Positions 1 through 10,279 of a DNA stretch of 35,317 bases are shown in pieces; the stretch's first letter is position 1, and each line of letters opens with the position of its first letter. Where the stretch lies: positions 1 to 35,317 of the IMG/VR virus record IMGVR_UViG_3300033067_001225; one strand, given 5' to 3'. A program made the translations under genes and the position numbers. Below the pieces are notes generated by a model. It ran no database searches and was not told the DNA's origin. It saw only the letters and a program-made list of their open reading frames with translations. Source of the DNA: a virus (taxonomy: Duplodnaviria; Caudoviricetes).

Positions 1-458
1 GACCAACTATAATAAGAACTTCCACCACCTGCATCAACTGTGGTTTGTGTTATATTGTTCCTTATGAACATTAAATTATAGCCTATAAATGATGTTATTG
101 TTTGGGAACTTTGACCATCTATCATGTAACTACCACTTGCTGCAACCGTAAATTGATAGGGTGAGGGATAGTTACCTCCAACTACTGCTGCAACTATTCC
201 ACCTGCTCCCGTAACTGCCAATGCCTGTAAATTAAAAAGGCACATACCATATAGGTAGTTTGTTGTTGCAACTAATGAAGTATCGGAAGGGTCTTTTTCA
301 TATTGGTATTGTATAGTGGTTCGGATATTGTATATTTTAGTGGGAAGTTCTAAATCAATTCCTCCCGCAAATAAACCTCCCTTTTCAATAGCGATAGTAA
401 CTAAATATTCGCAAATTTCAGCGACTGCTAATTTTTGAGCAACTGTTAGTGCTGCCAT
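1..458 (-). CDS. Partial structural protein (3' end runs off the window); not in the ORF track
   Basis: ATG at 458, 3 bp after the stop of 462..998. The frame is open to base 1 by manual translation (MAALTVAQKLAVAEICEYLV...GGGSSYYSW). The C-terminal part is G/S/T-rich and the gene lies in the structural module. Confidence 0.8.
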   Translation of the reverse strand, partial: MAALTVAQKLAVAEICEYLVTIAIEKGGLFAGGIDLELPTKIYNIRTTIQYQYEKDPSDTSLVATTNYLYGMCLFNLQALAVTGAGGIVAAVVGGNYPSPYQFTVAASGSYMIDGQSSQTITSFIGYNLMFIRNNITQTTVDAGGGSSYYSW

Positions 459-461
459 ATA

Positions 462-998
462 TTACGAATTTGCGTTGAATAAATATTGTGAACTTGCTAT
501 AATATCTGTTTCTAAATCATAACATTGCTGCGCACTATACAAATCTGCACCCCTTGTAATTGCTTTGTTCCCTGCATCAATACAAGTCCTTACTTTATTG
601 AAGTTTGCCCAAAAGTTATTATCGTTTATGAGTAAGGGATTATACGTCATTAATTGTGTTTGACCATATAGAAAATTCTCCCCGTATTCAGTAAATCCTA
701 CTGATGCCAATGTTGAATCATAAAGGACGGCATTATTTATATCAAGCCATTCTACAACAATCTTTACTGCCATGTCTGCACTTAGTAAATCAAGTGTAAT
801 CGTATCTGATAATGGTAATGCCCAAACAGAATATTCAGTACTTACACCATCCTCAACTAAAAACGTACCTATGCTATTAGAAACATAGATACGTCTTGAA
901 ACAATATTGCCATCGCTACCTGTGCTTAAATCCGTAAACAATATATTTTGGGGTTCTCCCGAAACGCTTACTGCGCTAAATGCTGCAACGAATGACAT
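462..998 (-). CDS. Putative virion structural protein with Ig/PKD-like N-terminus
   Basis: 178 aa. The N-terminus FVAAFSA...ILFTDLSTGSDGNIVSRRI resembles the PKD motif (V.FTD.S.G...I..W). It lies downstream of the MCP. Confidence 0.55.
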   Translation of the reverse strand: MSFVAAFSAVSVSGEPQNILFTDLSTGSDGNIVSRRIYVSNSIGTFLVEDGVSTEYSVWALPLSDTITLDLLSADMAVKIVVEWLDINNAVLYDSTLASVGFTEYGENFLYGQTQLMTYNPLLINDNNFWANFNKVRTCIDAGNKAITRGADLYSAQQCYDLETDIIASSQYLFNANS

Positions 999-1027
999 TG
1001 TTGATAGTTTTTAATTGTTTAAAATAA

Positions 1028-1055
1028 GGATGCGCTGCTAATGCAGCCAGCTTCC
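1028..1055 (-). terminator. Possible weak intrinsic terminator after 1088..2011
   Basis: Minus strand reads GGAAGCTG-GCTGC-ATTA-GCAGC-GCATCC followed by TTATTTT; the stem is imperfect. Confidence 0.35.
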
Positions 1056-1087
1056 GTCAGGGTTTCCCCATCAACCAAATCAAAGAT

Positions 1088-2011
1088 TTATGCTTCGACT
1101 AATTTTTTAGAACTCTTAGTCAATGATTCTAATTTTTTATGCACATCGGATGCTGCTGTACCTCCTATGGTTAGCCATTCTGCAAACTGCTCAATACCAT
1201 TTCTGCCATCTACATTTCCGAGTACTGTTATTTTTTGTTTGTTGGAAGTCCAGAACATTGCATTTTCTGCGGGATCATGGGTAATAATTCCCCTATCCAT
1301 TGCCTGTTTAACTAATGCTAAGTACTGTACTTTTTTATTGGAAACTATATCATTAAAGAACTCATGGTTTGTTACTGCAAGTTCTTCTGCTTTATTTCTT
1401 AAAATAATTACGTCCTCTGTTGAATCCCATTGCATAGCATCAGCAAATTCTACTACTTCATTATCAGTCATTCCCTCTGCTGCATCCTGTGCTTTTTTCC
1501 TTGCTGTCCTCTCTGCTCTTTGTGTTGTCGCTAATTCCATTTCATCAATGCGGTTAATCATTTGTTTTTTTGTTTTATCCGCAAATTTTCCACCTGTTAA
1601 TTTAGGGTGTAATTCCATGAACATAGCCATATCAAAGTGTTCGGGAATATCTTGCGGGTGTAGGGTTAATATTCCCTTATCCCTTGCATTTACTTTTATT
1701 TTCCTAAACTTGTTTGGGTTTCCTTTATCATCAAGCCCGTCAACCATTCCTATCATTTTTGACTTCTGTGCGTTTTCCCTTCCTTTCAATTTATTATCTT
1801 CCTGTTGGTCAATAATATTAAATACTGCGGGGTCAAGTGTGTAAATATTCGGCCATAAAAGTTTCCCGTTTACTTTATCGGGGTCAGGATTTTGGTTTGA
1901 AATATCAAACTTATACCTTACTGTTTTACCGAAACTATTTACTCTATCTTCTAATTCAGTCCTTAGTGCGGGACTTAGGTCATTATAGCGACCTTCTTTT
2001 TGCATTAACAT
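1088..2011 (-). CDS. Probable virion-associated protein encoded directly after the MCP
   Basis: 307 aa, charged and probably helical. Function is inferred only from its position after the capsid gene. Confidence 0.6.
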   Translation of the reverse strand: MLMQKEGRYNDLSPALRTELEDRVNSFGKTVRYKFDISNQNPDPDKVNGKLLWPNIYTLDPAVFNIIDQQEDNKLKGRENAQKSKMIGMVDGLDDKGNPNKFRKIKVNARDKGILTLHPQDIPEHFDMAMFMELHPKLTGGKFADKTKKQMINRIDEMELATTQRAERTARKKAQDAAEGMTDNEVVEFADAMQWDSTEDVIILRNKAEELAVTNHEFFNDIVSNKKVQYLALVKQAMDRGIITHDPAENAMFWTSNKQKITVLGNVDGRNGIEQFAEWLTIGGTAASDVHKKLESLTKSSKKLVEA

Positions 2012-2040
2012 AATTTTTTGATTTAGTTGATTATTAAATA

Positions 2041-2067
2041 AGGTCGGGGATTTTAGCTCCCCGACCT
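2041..2067 (-). terminator. Stem-loop after MCP gene (intrinsic terminator or mRNA-stabilising hairpin)
   Basis: Perfect 10-bp inverted repeat AGGTCGGGGA / TCCCCGACCT with a 7-nt loop, 13 bp after the MCP stop. It is followed on the minus strand by TATTTAAT, a weak U tract. Confidence 0.75.
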
Positions 2068-2080
2068 GTCAAAAGAAATA

Positions 2081-3436
2081 TTAGATAACCCTATACCTTT
2101 GGAAGTGAGTAACTGCCAAACATTCCAAACCTTGTGCGGTTTCCCAGTTTGTTTGAAGTTGCAAAGTTCCGTCAGTTGGGATTTCAGCCAAAGCACCAAC
2201 TCTCCACTCTGTTATGATACCATTAGCTGATTTATTAGCTGATGTACCCATGAATGGCGTGGGAGTATGACGAATCTGCATACGGGGTTGGCGGCCATTG
2301 TCAACGGTATCAACTTGGTCTTTTGGAACGAAGAAGATAGAACCGTTAATTACCGATACCAATGTTGGGCTGAACAATTGCGGGTGGTCATAAATAGGAA
2401 CATAGATAAAATCTATTTCAAAACCACGATAAGAAATGTGGTCAACATTCATATCTACTTTCTTACCATCAATTATCAAACGAACTGAAGTAACGCCACT
2501 TGAGCCTAAGTTCTTAAAGAACCTATCAAGTACTCCCTTTGGACGAGAACCCATGAAACCCATTTGGTCATTGGGGGCTTTATTTGCAATCCAGTTGTCA
2601 ATGATGTCATCTAATTCAGTAAACCCAAAAGTTCCCAATACTGCTGCGCTATCAGTAATGCCGTAAGTACGGATATACCAATCAAGACCACCTGTTGTTT
2701 GGATAGGAAGTCCTGTTACGGGGTCAGCAAGGAAAGGGTTAGTGTCGTTGAACAATGTGCCTGATTGAGTACCTGCAAGCATCTGAACTGAAATATCTCC
2801 CTGCATTTTGATATACTTCTGAACAATTTGATAAGGGAGGATATGATAGTCCCCGCCTACATTTACTTCAATTTTTGCAACCTTCTGTACGTCTGAAATT
2901 TCATCAACTTCACGGAAGATTTGGATGTTGTTGTAATACTTTGTAAGTGAGTAACGCCTGTTGGTTGGTGCGCTTGATTTTTCAGCAAAAGCATCAGAAC
3001 CAAACTGTACTAAGTCCCCTACGGTTGCATAGAAAGGAGTTGAGTTACCTGCTACTGAACGAACAGTAAGGGTAGCTGTTCCCGAACCGAATGTAACTGC
3101 CTGAATACGGGCTTGGTTATCGGAGTTGTTGGAGTTTGAAGTCATAATCAAATCACCAACACGGGGAAAAGTAGATGCGGTATTAATTGTGAACTGAATC
3201 TGTGCAAGTCCTGTTGAAGTAACTGCACTGATAGTTCCAACTTCATAAACATTTTGGTTCACGAAGTTATTGTAGAAAAACATTGTTGCGGGCTTGTAAC
3301 GGTTCACGATTTTCATAATATCTGTGAATGCCCTGTCCCTTGCCTGATCGTAAATATTGGGGTCAATATCCCTTTGGTCAAGGAAGTCGATTGCGGATAC
3401 GAATGATTTTATCATTACGCCCTGTGAAACTGCCAT
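2081..3436 (-). CDS. Major capsid protein (HK97 fold, crAss-like type)
   Basis: 451 aa. Contains a YYNNIQIFREVDEISD element and a TTGGLDWYI motif typical of HK97-fold MCPs. It sits after portal and scaffold and is followed by a strong hairpin. Confidence 0.85.
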   Translation of the reverse strand: MAVSQGVMIKSFVSAIDFLDQRDIDPNIYDQARDRAFTDIMKIVNRYKPATMFFYNNFVNQNVYEVGTISAVTSTGLAQIQFTINTASTFPRVGDLIMTSNSNNSDNQARIQAVTFGSGTATLTVRSVAGNSTPFYATVGDLVQFGSDAFAEKSSAPTNRRYSLTKYYNNIQIFREVDEISDVQKVAKIEVNVGGDYHILPYQIVQKYIKMQGDISVQMLAGTQSGTLFNDTNPFLADPVTGLPIQTTGGLDWYIRTYGITDSAAVLGTFGFTELDDIIDNWIANKAPNDQMGFMGSRPKGVLDRFFKNLGSSGVTSVRLIIDGKKVDMNVDHISYRGFEIDFIYVPIYDHPQLFSPTLVSVINGSIFFVPKDQVDTVDNGRQPRMQIRHTPTPFMGTSANKSANGIITEWRVGALAEIPTDGTLQLQTNWETAQGLECLAVTHFQRYRVI

Positions 3437-3446
3437 AGTTGTAGAA

Positions 3447-3478
3447 TTGTAAGATTAATAAAATATTGTTTCTTACAA
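3447..3478 (-). promoter_or_regulatory. Hairpin in MCP leader
   Basis: TTGTAAGA (3447-3454) / TCTTACAA (3471-3478) inverted repeat with inner AATA/TATT pairing, ending 10 nt before the MCP ATG. Confidence 0.4.
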
Positions 3479-3494
3479 CCCTAAATGCTACTGA

Positions 3495-4763
3495 TTAGTA
3501 ACCTCTACCGCCATGATTTAACTGCCCTTGTCTTGCCATAAATTCGGCAGGTGTTGTGGGCTGTTTTTCACTTTTAGTAGATGTTTCTGAATCTGTTTCT
3601 TTTGCGTTATCTATGGTTTTAACGACAGATTTACCACCGAGAGATTTGTAGTGTTTTGCGTATGCGTTTAAAAAGTCTTTACCATACAGGGCAACTAATG
3701 CAGTTAGCATTTGTGTTTCTGTTTTAGGTTCGCCCACTTTAGTTACTATCCCATCCGCTCCCTTTTCAACTTCAAATTGCGTTTCAAGCCATTTGTTGCT
3801 ATCGAAAAGAACATTGGTTATATCTTCGGGCTTATCTACTTTGAATGTAAACTTTTCATCACCTTCGCCAAGAACTACGGCTTTATTAGCCATTATATCT
3901 TTTATGACAGGGTTACTATTAACCGATGTCTTATAAGTTTCAAATCTTTTGTTTTCAGCTTCTATTTCCTTTGAATTATCGGGAACTTCTGCTGTTTTCG
4001 GTTCGTATTTTGGAACTAAGAAGTCTTTTTGCTTTTCAATAAATCCATCCCTGTATTTATCGGCTCTTGCATCTAATAGCATTTGCCCTGTTTCCCTTTC
4101 ATCGTCATCATCTGAATCTAAATTGTAAGCATTTACAACTTCTTTGTTAAAGAGAGCCTCTAACTGTTTGGGATTTGCTTTGGGATAATCTAACCGAAGC
4201 TGATGTCGCATCACTTCTTCGGAGGTCATCTTATTGTAATCCGTAGATAGTTCTCTTAGGTAGTCTGATACCTTCCCTTCCTTATGAGAAAGCAATAAGC
4301 CAATGGTTTTATCATCCAGCCCATTTACTTCATCCAATAAGGAAATTGTTTTGTCGTTTAACCCTAACGCCTTTAAAACTGCATTTTTGGGTTGCGATTT
4401 AAGAACTTCATCAAAAGTTGGTTGCGGTTTTGCAGTTTCTTCCTTTTTGGTTTCTACTACTTCTTCCTTTTTTTCAACTTTTGCTTCTTGTTTGGTTTCA
4501 GATTTTGCGGTTTCGGGAACTTCTACCTTTGTTGCTGTCGCAGCACTCGCAGGTTTTTCTTCCTTTGTCGCTTCTTCTTTTACCTCTTTTGTACCTATAT
4601 TGATAGGTGTTGCCACCATATCCATACCTGAATTTTTTACCCCATGTTTAGCCATTGCTTCAGCTATGCTTGTATGGGCTTTTTCTTCTACTACTGCGGT
4701 TTCCCCGCCACCTACTCCATCTGATACTGCTGTATCGTAAAACTTCCTTAATTGAAATTTCAT
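3495..4763 (-). CDS. Scaffolding-like protein (gene upstream of MCP)
   Basis: 422 aa with a long low-complexity E/K/T/A N-terminal region and an acidic helical core. It lies immediately upstream of the MCP. Confidence 0.65.
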   Translation of the reverse strand: MKFQLRKFYDTAVSDGVGGGETAVVEEKAHTSIAEAMAKHGVKNSGMDMVATPINIGTKEVKEEATKEEKPASAATATKVEVPETAKSETKQEAKVEKKEEVVETKKEETAKPQPTFDEVLKSQPKNAVLKALGLNDKTISLLDEVNGLDDKTIGLLLSHKEGKVSDYLRELSTDYNKMTSEEVMRHQLRLDYPKANPKQLEALFNKEVVNAYNLDSDDDDERETGQMLLDARADKYRDGFIEKQKDFLVPKYEPKTAEVPDNSKEIEAENKRFETYKTSVNSNPVIKDIMANKAVVLGEGDEKFTFKVDKPEDITNVLFDSNKWLETQFEVEKGADGIVTKVGEPKTETQMLTALVALYGKDFLNAYAKHYKSLGGKSVVKTIDNAKETDSETSTKSEKQPTTPAEFMARQGQLNHGGRGY

Positions 4764-4840
4764 ATATTATATTTTGACTTGGTAATGTAAATATAGTAAC
4801 TTTTTAAGAAAACAAGTATTTTTTTGATATTTTTCTAAAT

Positions 4841-5383
4841 TTATTTTTTTGCTATGATTTGCAGGGAATTTAATGTATAATGTTCCCTACGTCCCGTACT
4901 CAAATCGGGGTAGTAATTCATTCCTAATCTACGATGACTTTCGCTTATAATGTTGATTTCTCCCTTGCTATACATCCCTTCTAAAACTATCCTTAACATT
5001 TTACAGTTTTCTTGCTTTAACCATAAAGGGGGTTCATTAAGTTTTGGTATCGGGAACAAACTTTTTAGAAAATCATTCATCCTTATTTCCCCAGAACCCC
5101 TGCTATCTAAAAACCTATTTATCTTTTCTTCCATAGATAAATTTTCACCCACAAGTACCAATACTGATTTATGCGCTATTTCGGGTATAGGTTCTTCTGA
5201 TTTACTTTCAACGATAATAGGTATTTGAGTAATCCCGTCTGCTGTTAATGTTTCAGGTCTTACTTCTTCTACACTTAGGCTTTTACCAATCTCTACGGTG
5301 GGCATACTCGAAATTACTTGTTCGGGAACTTCTATTTTAGTTTCTTCGACTATTGGCTGTTTTTCTTTTTTAGATTTTGCCAT
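4841..5383 (-). CDS. Hypothetical protein
   Basis: 180 aa ORF filling the gap between portal and scaffold. The N-half is E/P-rich and probably disordered, and the C-half looks globular. Confidence 0.7.
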   Translation of the reverse strand: MAKSKKEKQPIVEETKIEVPEQVISSMPTVEIGKSLSVEEVRPETLTADGITQIPIIVESKSEEPIPEIAHKSVLVLVGENLSMEEKINRFLDSRGSGEIRMNDFLKSLFPIPKLNEPPLWLKQENCKMLRIVLEGMYSKGEINIISESHRRLGMNYYPDLSTGRREHYTLNSLQIIAKK

Positions 5384-5409
5384 GATTGTACTTTTTATTG
5401 GTTATTAAA

Positions 5410-7776
5410 TTATGTGTTTGATGTACTTACTGTTTTTGCGTTTGCTATTGTCTGTTTTACCTGTTGGTGCTGCCCCGCAATATCAGTAGAAACCACTTTT
5501 GCATCTGCTGTTTCTTGTGCTACCGAAACCTTAGTTTGATTAGCAGCCATCGCAATTCTTTCATCCGATTCTATTTTCATCCTTGTTTTTTCCATTTCAG
5601 CCGTTAATAAGTCCTGCTGCATTTTTATCTTAGCCTGTAATTCCATTTGCAACGCCTGTGCTGCTGCTTGTTGTGCTATCTGTGCAGCCTGTGCATTGCC
5701 GTCATTTGTTGCCTGTATTTCAGCCATCTTCTGCTTCTGCATATCTTGTTTGGCTTTTTTAACCCTATAAGCCAATATGCTCATTGCTTGTTTTGCATTA
5801 CTTGTGTTTATTATAGCAATAGCATCACTTGTATCTAAAAATCCATTTGCAATGTCAGCCTGAACCTGTTGAAATATCCACATTTTTTCCTGCTCTGTGG
5901 TACTATCATGTAATTCAATACCATAATCCCTTAAAGCAAGTTCTTCATCTACTTCAATAAACCTTACTGTATTTTCTCCCAATGCTCCTTTATACGGTGC
6001 TGAACCAGATATGCTTCCTTTTCTAATACCTTGTTGCATCCTACAAAAAACATCTTCTGCAAGTTTTTCGCTCAAATATTTTTCTGCAAATGCAAGTGGA
6101 TATAGTGCGTTCTTTGTGCTTTGTGCTGCAAGTTCATAACCGGGAACAAGTGTTTTAGGGTTAGGATTTCCGTTAGTAATATCATTAAATCCAGTCATTT
6201 TCTCAATAGCAGATATTGTATTTAGTAAATCCTGATAAAACATTGCTAACTCGCTTGCTGCTGTATTTTCAATTGGGATAACAGGTTTCCAATTTGGAGA
6301 TTGCGGATTTCCTGCGGCATCTTTACTTCTTCCCACAAGTACCCCTGTTTCAAAAAACATTTGCAGAAGTTCTTTGGGTTGCATATTTGCTCCCCCTTTA
6401 TTCAATGCTACATTTTCAAGCGCATCTAAGTCTATCCACCATCCACTTGGTACAGCCCTGTTTTTAAAGTTCTGTATTTTTAAACAAGTAAGTTGGTATT
6501 CATCGATGTAGGGAATAAGTTTTTCCATAAAACCTTGCGCTCTCATTTCATAGAAATTATAGGCAACAAATTTATAAGGTAAACTTGTTAATGCTTTTTT
6601 CTTTGTATCAACTGCCCTTTTTTGATCATAACACATTCCCCAATCGTAACATTTTTGAGTGCCTACAATCCACTTGCATTTATAAACGAATTGTATTTTT
6701 TTTCTTTTATACTTGTCTGATTTTTTCCCTCTTTCATAAGCTGCTTTTCTGAAATCACTATTCCCATTTTCATCATAAGCATCCTGATATGAATAATCGT
6801 TGTATGTATAAAATGCAATATCAAATACCTTGCATTTAAACTTATCGTATGGTTTAAAGAAACCTACATTTTTACCCATCATTGCAGGGTTGCCAAATCT
6901 TCCCGCAATACTACTCGCAAATTCCTGTAATTCCTGTTCTGTAAATAATGGATTCCCCTTATCGTCTGTGAGTAAAGCAAGTTCAATAAGGGAAACATCA
7001 ATAACTTCTCCTGCATGAACCATATCTTTAAACGTCCCGTCTTTACAATAACTTACAACTACATTTTCATTTTTTGTTGTTCTGAATTTTGCTTTGTTAT
7101 CGTCCCCTAACCATTCTTTATACCCTGCAACACCATAATCAAACAAGTCTTCATACCACCTTCTTCTTGCTGCCTGATAATCGTTTTCATAAAATCCTAA
7201 TTCAATAGCAAGTTCTGCATCTTCGCTTCTATTAAACTGCTCTCCGTTCATCATTCTCATAGACAGTTCTTCAACATCCAATGGCTCACCTGAATTTAAT
7301 GTTATTAAAGGGTGTGATGCAAGTTCAGGATTAGTTTGTAACATGAGTTCCCTAACTGCTAACTTTGCTTTCATTTGAGCATAATAACTACTCGCATCAC
7401 TTTTTGCTTGACTATCTACGGGAGTAGCTACTATCTTTCTTTCATTCTGCATTAATTCAGAAATCACTCTGTCCCTATATCCACTAATAATTGCCCTCGG
7501 AGTCCAATCTACTGACAACCAAGTATTGTTAGTTATATCATTTACACCCAACCATTTTTTATAAGGATTTATAGGTTGTTTCCCTAACGCATACATTTTA
7601 AACTTTTCATAATCTGTACCGTTATTTGAGAATATTCCTTTTGGATAAGCATTTGTAAAATCATAAAATGCCGCTTGTGCATATTGCATACACCATTTAT
7701 CCCCCTTTTTATCGGGACTAACGTCGTGGTTTGGATAAGAAAAATAACTTCCTATTCCGGGGTTTTGATATATCAT
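5410..7776 (-). CDS. Portal protein
   Basis: 788 aa directly after TerL. Contains WYEDLFDYGVAGYK and IEKMTGFNDITNG segments typical of podoviral portals, plus a Q/A-rich coiled-coil C-terminal barrel. Confidence 0.85.
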   Translation of the reverse strand: MIYQNPGIGSYFSYPNHDVSPDKKGDKWCMQYAQAAFYDFTNAYPKGIFSNNGTDYEKFKMYALGKQPINPYKKWLGVNDITNNTWLSVDWTPRAIISGYRDRVISELMQNERKIVATPVDSQAKSDASSYYAQMKAKLAVRELMLQTNPELASHPLITLNSGEPLDVEELSMRMMNGEQFNRSEDAELAIELGFYENDYQAARRRWYEDLFDYGVAGYKEWLGDDNKAKFRTTKNENVVVSYCKDGTFKDMVHAGEVIDVSLIELALLTDDKGNPLFTEQELQEFASSIAGRFGNPAMMGKNVGFFKPYDKFKCKVFDIAFYTYNDYSYQDAYDENGNSDFRKAAYERGKKSDKYKRKKIQFVYKCKWIVGTQKCYDWGMCYDQKRAVDTKKKALTSLPYKFVAYNFYEMRAQGFMEKLIPYIDEYQLTCLKIQNFKNRAVPSGWWIDLDALENVALNKGGANMQPKELLQMFFETGVLVGRSKDAAGNPQSPNWKPVIPIENTAASELAMFYQDLLNTISAIEKMTGFNDITNGNPNPKTLVPGYELAAQSTKNALYPLAFAEKYLSEKLAEDVFCRMQQGIRKGSISGSAPYKGALGENTVRFIEVDEELALRDYGIELHDSTTEQEKMWIFQQVQADIANGFLDTSDAIAIINTSNAKQAMSILAYRVKKAKQDMQKQKMAEIQATNDGNAQAAQIAQQAAAQALQMELQAKIKMQQDLLTAEMEKTRMKIESDERIAMAANQTKVSVAQETADAKVVSTDIAGQHQQVKQTIANAKTVSTSNT

Positions 7777-7787
7777 AGTTTTATTTT

Positions 7788-9932
7788 TTAACCTGCTTTA
7801 TGTATGGGCATTAAATTTTCAACATCCATTATTCTATCTTGTTGTCTAACATATTTTTTACCTTTTACAGCAATTAATGTTATCCCTGCTGCCATAGGCT
7901 CATCAAAAGTTTGTGTATCATCTACCTTAAATCCTAACCACCCTGTTTCTTTTCTAATTAATGTTTTAAACAACACCTTTTTGACAAACTGATTTATATA
8001 CGCCTCTGTATAATTGCATATCATTTGAACTACTGTGCCTTTACCGTCCGTATAAATACCGGGCTCTGTTTCTCCCGGCAACCACATTAAAAACCCTTCG
8101 CAATCCCAATCCTGAAAATCTCTTTTCCAATGGTTCACGTTTCTCTCAAATAAAACCTGACACCCGCATAGCCATACCATTTTTAAAATATCCATATTTG
8201 CCAACCTTGTACTACTTTCCCTGAAAGCATATCTTATAGTAAAAGTATCATTATATGGGCCATTAGGGAATAATTCATCTTTAATTTGATAGTTAAATGC
8301 TGCGCAATTTGAACGTCTTTTATCTTTTGTTTTATCATATTTAAACGGATCGCAGCCCGTCCTACTTGCAAAGTTATTGTTAGGCAAATATTTGCCATTG
8401 TTTTTATATACTTTGTTTGGTTCTTTAGGCCACCAATCTTTTATTTTCTCAAACTTCCCGTTTTCGCATTTCCTCCATTCAATTTCATTAAGTACATATT
8501 CTATCTCACCATCGTCTTTTACTACGGGTCTTTCAAATTCAAAACCATCTTTCCACTCTAAATTTCCCCGTTCTGTTAATCCTGTCCTCCAAACTATATC
8601 GTCTAAATGATTATTCAGTATTTCAGGGTCATACAATGCAGTTGCGCCATCTGCACTAAATGCCATTTTAAAATTCATGGGGTTCTTTCTCTTGAAAGAA
8701 GATAATCCCCTTGTATCGCCATCTTCTTGAAGTTTTTTCATTTCATTAAGAAGATATACAGTTGCTTTTTCTTCATCGGGATAACCATACTTTTCATCAA
8801 ATAACATCCCTTTTTGTGCGGGGAGAAAATAAGTATATAACCCTGTTTTTGTTCTGTTGTTTTCGTTCCTATCAAGCGGGTTGCTATTAGCAGTCATTTC
8901 CTGAAACTCATAATTATCTTCTTCCCCTTTTTCAATCTCAACCGTTGTGGTATATAGCTGTTTCCTTTGGAAATATCTATAATCTTTCCTATTATATATA
9001 CCATCAATTTCAGAACAAAAACGAACTGTGCTTTGCCTTTCTTTTATACTTGTTGGTTTTTTCGTTTTCCCTGCCTCATCGGCTGCATACGAATCTAATT
9101 CAGGACCATCATAAACAGCCTCCCCACTTGCCCCATAATCTATCCAGCTTTCCAACGCATCTTCTTCATCTCTTTCAATCTCTGTTGTGCTACCTCTCCT
9201 TGATGTATGAAAGAACCGTAACTCATTAGGGTCATCACCTTTCATTGTATCGTAAATGGGGCGAAAGAAGTCGGGAAGTTTTTGCCACGGTTGCACTATC
9301 GCTTTTTTCATTACTTCTTCCGCATCATCATCTGCCTTGCTCTGCAAACCTGCGTGTTGGTTGTAAGGTGGTTTACTTGTTCTATCGTATAACCAACATC
9401 CTAATTTTGCAGTTTTACCTAACTTCCTTTTTGTAATTTCATTTAGTCCTAAACAATCGGGGTCGGTTTCAACATATTTCATCACATACCAAAACTCCAT
9501 ATCGTTAATACGAAAGTCCATAAACTTACCCTGAAATCTCCAATACGTTATATACAGGTAGTGGGTTCCGGTTATGTAGAGTAGTTGTAATTCTTTTTTC
9601 TTTGGATGGTAATTATAAAACCATACTCCACATAACCTGCGTTTCCATTCTCTTGCTCTTATTGCTTCTAAGTAAGGGTCAACATAATCGGGGTTATACT
9701 TTTGTCTTTCTTTCTCTGCTTTCCTTTTTGTGTTCCAATCTTTAGGTAATGTAAATCTTTCCCAATAACATTCTTCGGGAATATCTGACCTTTTAATTAT
9801 ATCGGTTTCCTGCATCTCCCCACTAACACTATTTACACCATACCCAATAGGAGGTACATTACATTTGTATATAAACCCAAATGCGTTATCAGGTATCTCA
9901 TAAACCGAACCTCCGTCAATAGGATTAAACAT
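7788..9932 (-). CDS. terL: Terminase large subunit
   Basis: 714 aa. Walker A-like TKRKLGKT, Walker B YAADEAGK, coupling motif YTTT, and RNase H-like nuclease residues in GCDPF, FERN and FDEPMA. Confidence 0.9.
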   Translation of the reverse strand: MFNPIDGGSVYEIPDNAFGFIYKCNVPPIGYGVNSVSGEMQETDIIKRSDIPEECYWERFTLPKDWNTKRKAEKERQKYNPDYVDPYLEAIRAREWKRRLCGVWFYNYHPKKKELQLLYITGTHYLYITYWRFQGKFMDFRINDMEFWYVMKYVETDPDCLGLNEITKRKLGKTAKLGCWLYDRTSKPPYNQHAGLQSKADDDAEEVMKKAIVQPWQKLPDFFRPIYDTMKGDDPNELRFFHTSRRGSTTEIERDEEDALESWIDYGASGEAVYDGPELDSYAADEAGKTKKPTSIKERQSTVRFCSEIDGIYNRKDYRYFQRKQLYTTTVEIEKGEEDNYEFQEMTANSNPLDRNENNRTKTGLYTYFLPAQKGMLFDEKYGYPDEEKATVYLLNEMKKLQEDGDTRGLSSFKRKNPMNFKMAFSADGATALYDPEILNNHLDDIVWRTGLTERGNLEWKDGFEFERPVVKDDGEIEYVLNEIEWRKCENGKFEKIKDWWPKEPNKVYKNNGKYLPNNNFASRTGCDPFKYDKTKDKRRSNCAAFNYQIKDELFPNGPYNDTFTIRYAFRESSTRLANMDILKMVWLCGCQVLFERNVNHWKRDFQDWDCEGFLMWLPGETEPGIYTDGKGTVVQMICNYTEAYINQFVKKVLFKTLIRKETGWLGFKVDDTQTFDEPMAAGITLIAVKGKKYVRQQDRIMDVENLMPIHKAG

Positions 9933-9934
9933 AA

Positions 9935-10276
9935 CTAATCTCTTTTAAATATTGATTGCGGTGAACTTGCCCTTACTTTATCCTGTCCATCTTTCGGGTC
10001 ATATTCTACGCCTAATTCTAACTTCAGACTATTCATAGATGAAATCATTTTAGGTAACCCCTCCCCCATGCTAATTGCTCTTTCGTATAAAACTGTTTCC
10101 GCTTTTTTACCGTCAATATGTTCCTTTACTTTAAAGTCTTTTATAAATTCTACCTGCTGCCTTACTAAATTAACGTAAGCCATATACCCATCTACGGCAA
10201 CATCCTGTTCCCCCAATGAAAGTTTCTTTTTATAGTACTCCAACTCCTTTTGTAATGCTTCAACAGTAGTTTCCAT
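9935..10276 (-). CDS. Candidate terminase small subunit
   Basis: 113 aa helical protein ending 2 bp before terL. The assignment is positional only. Confidence 0.45.
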   Translation of the reverse strand: METTVEALQKELEYYKKKLSLGEQDVAVDGYMAYVNLVRQQVEFIKDFKVKEHIDGKKAETVLYERAISMGEGLPKMISSMNSLKLELGVEYDPKDGQDKVRASSPQSIFKRD

Positions 10277-10279
10277 TTT

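Noticed and set aside
7788-9932. Intron or intein in terL (or in portal/MCP)
   Set aside because: The ORFs are continuous, of expected size, with motifs in order and no intein or LAGLIDADG signatures seen.
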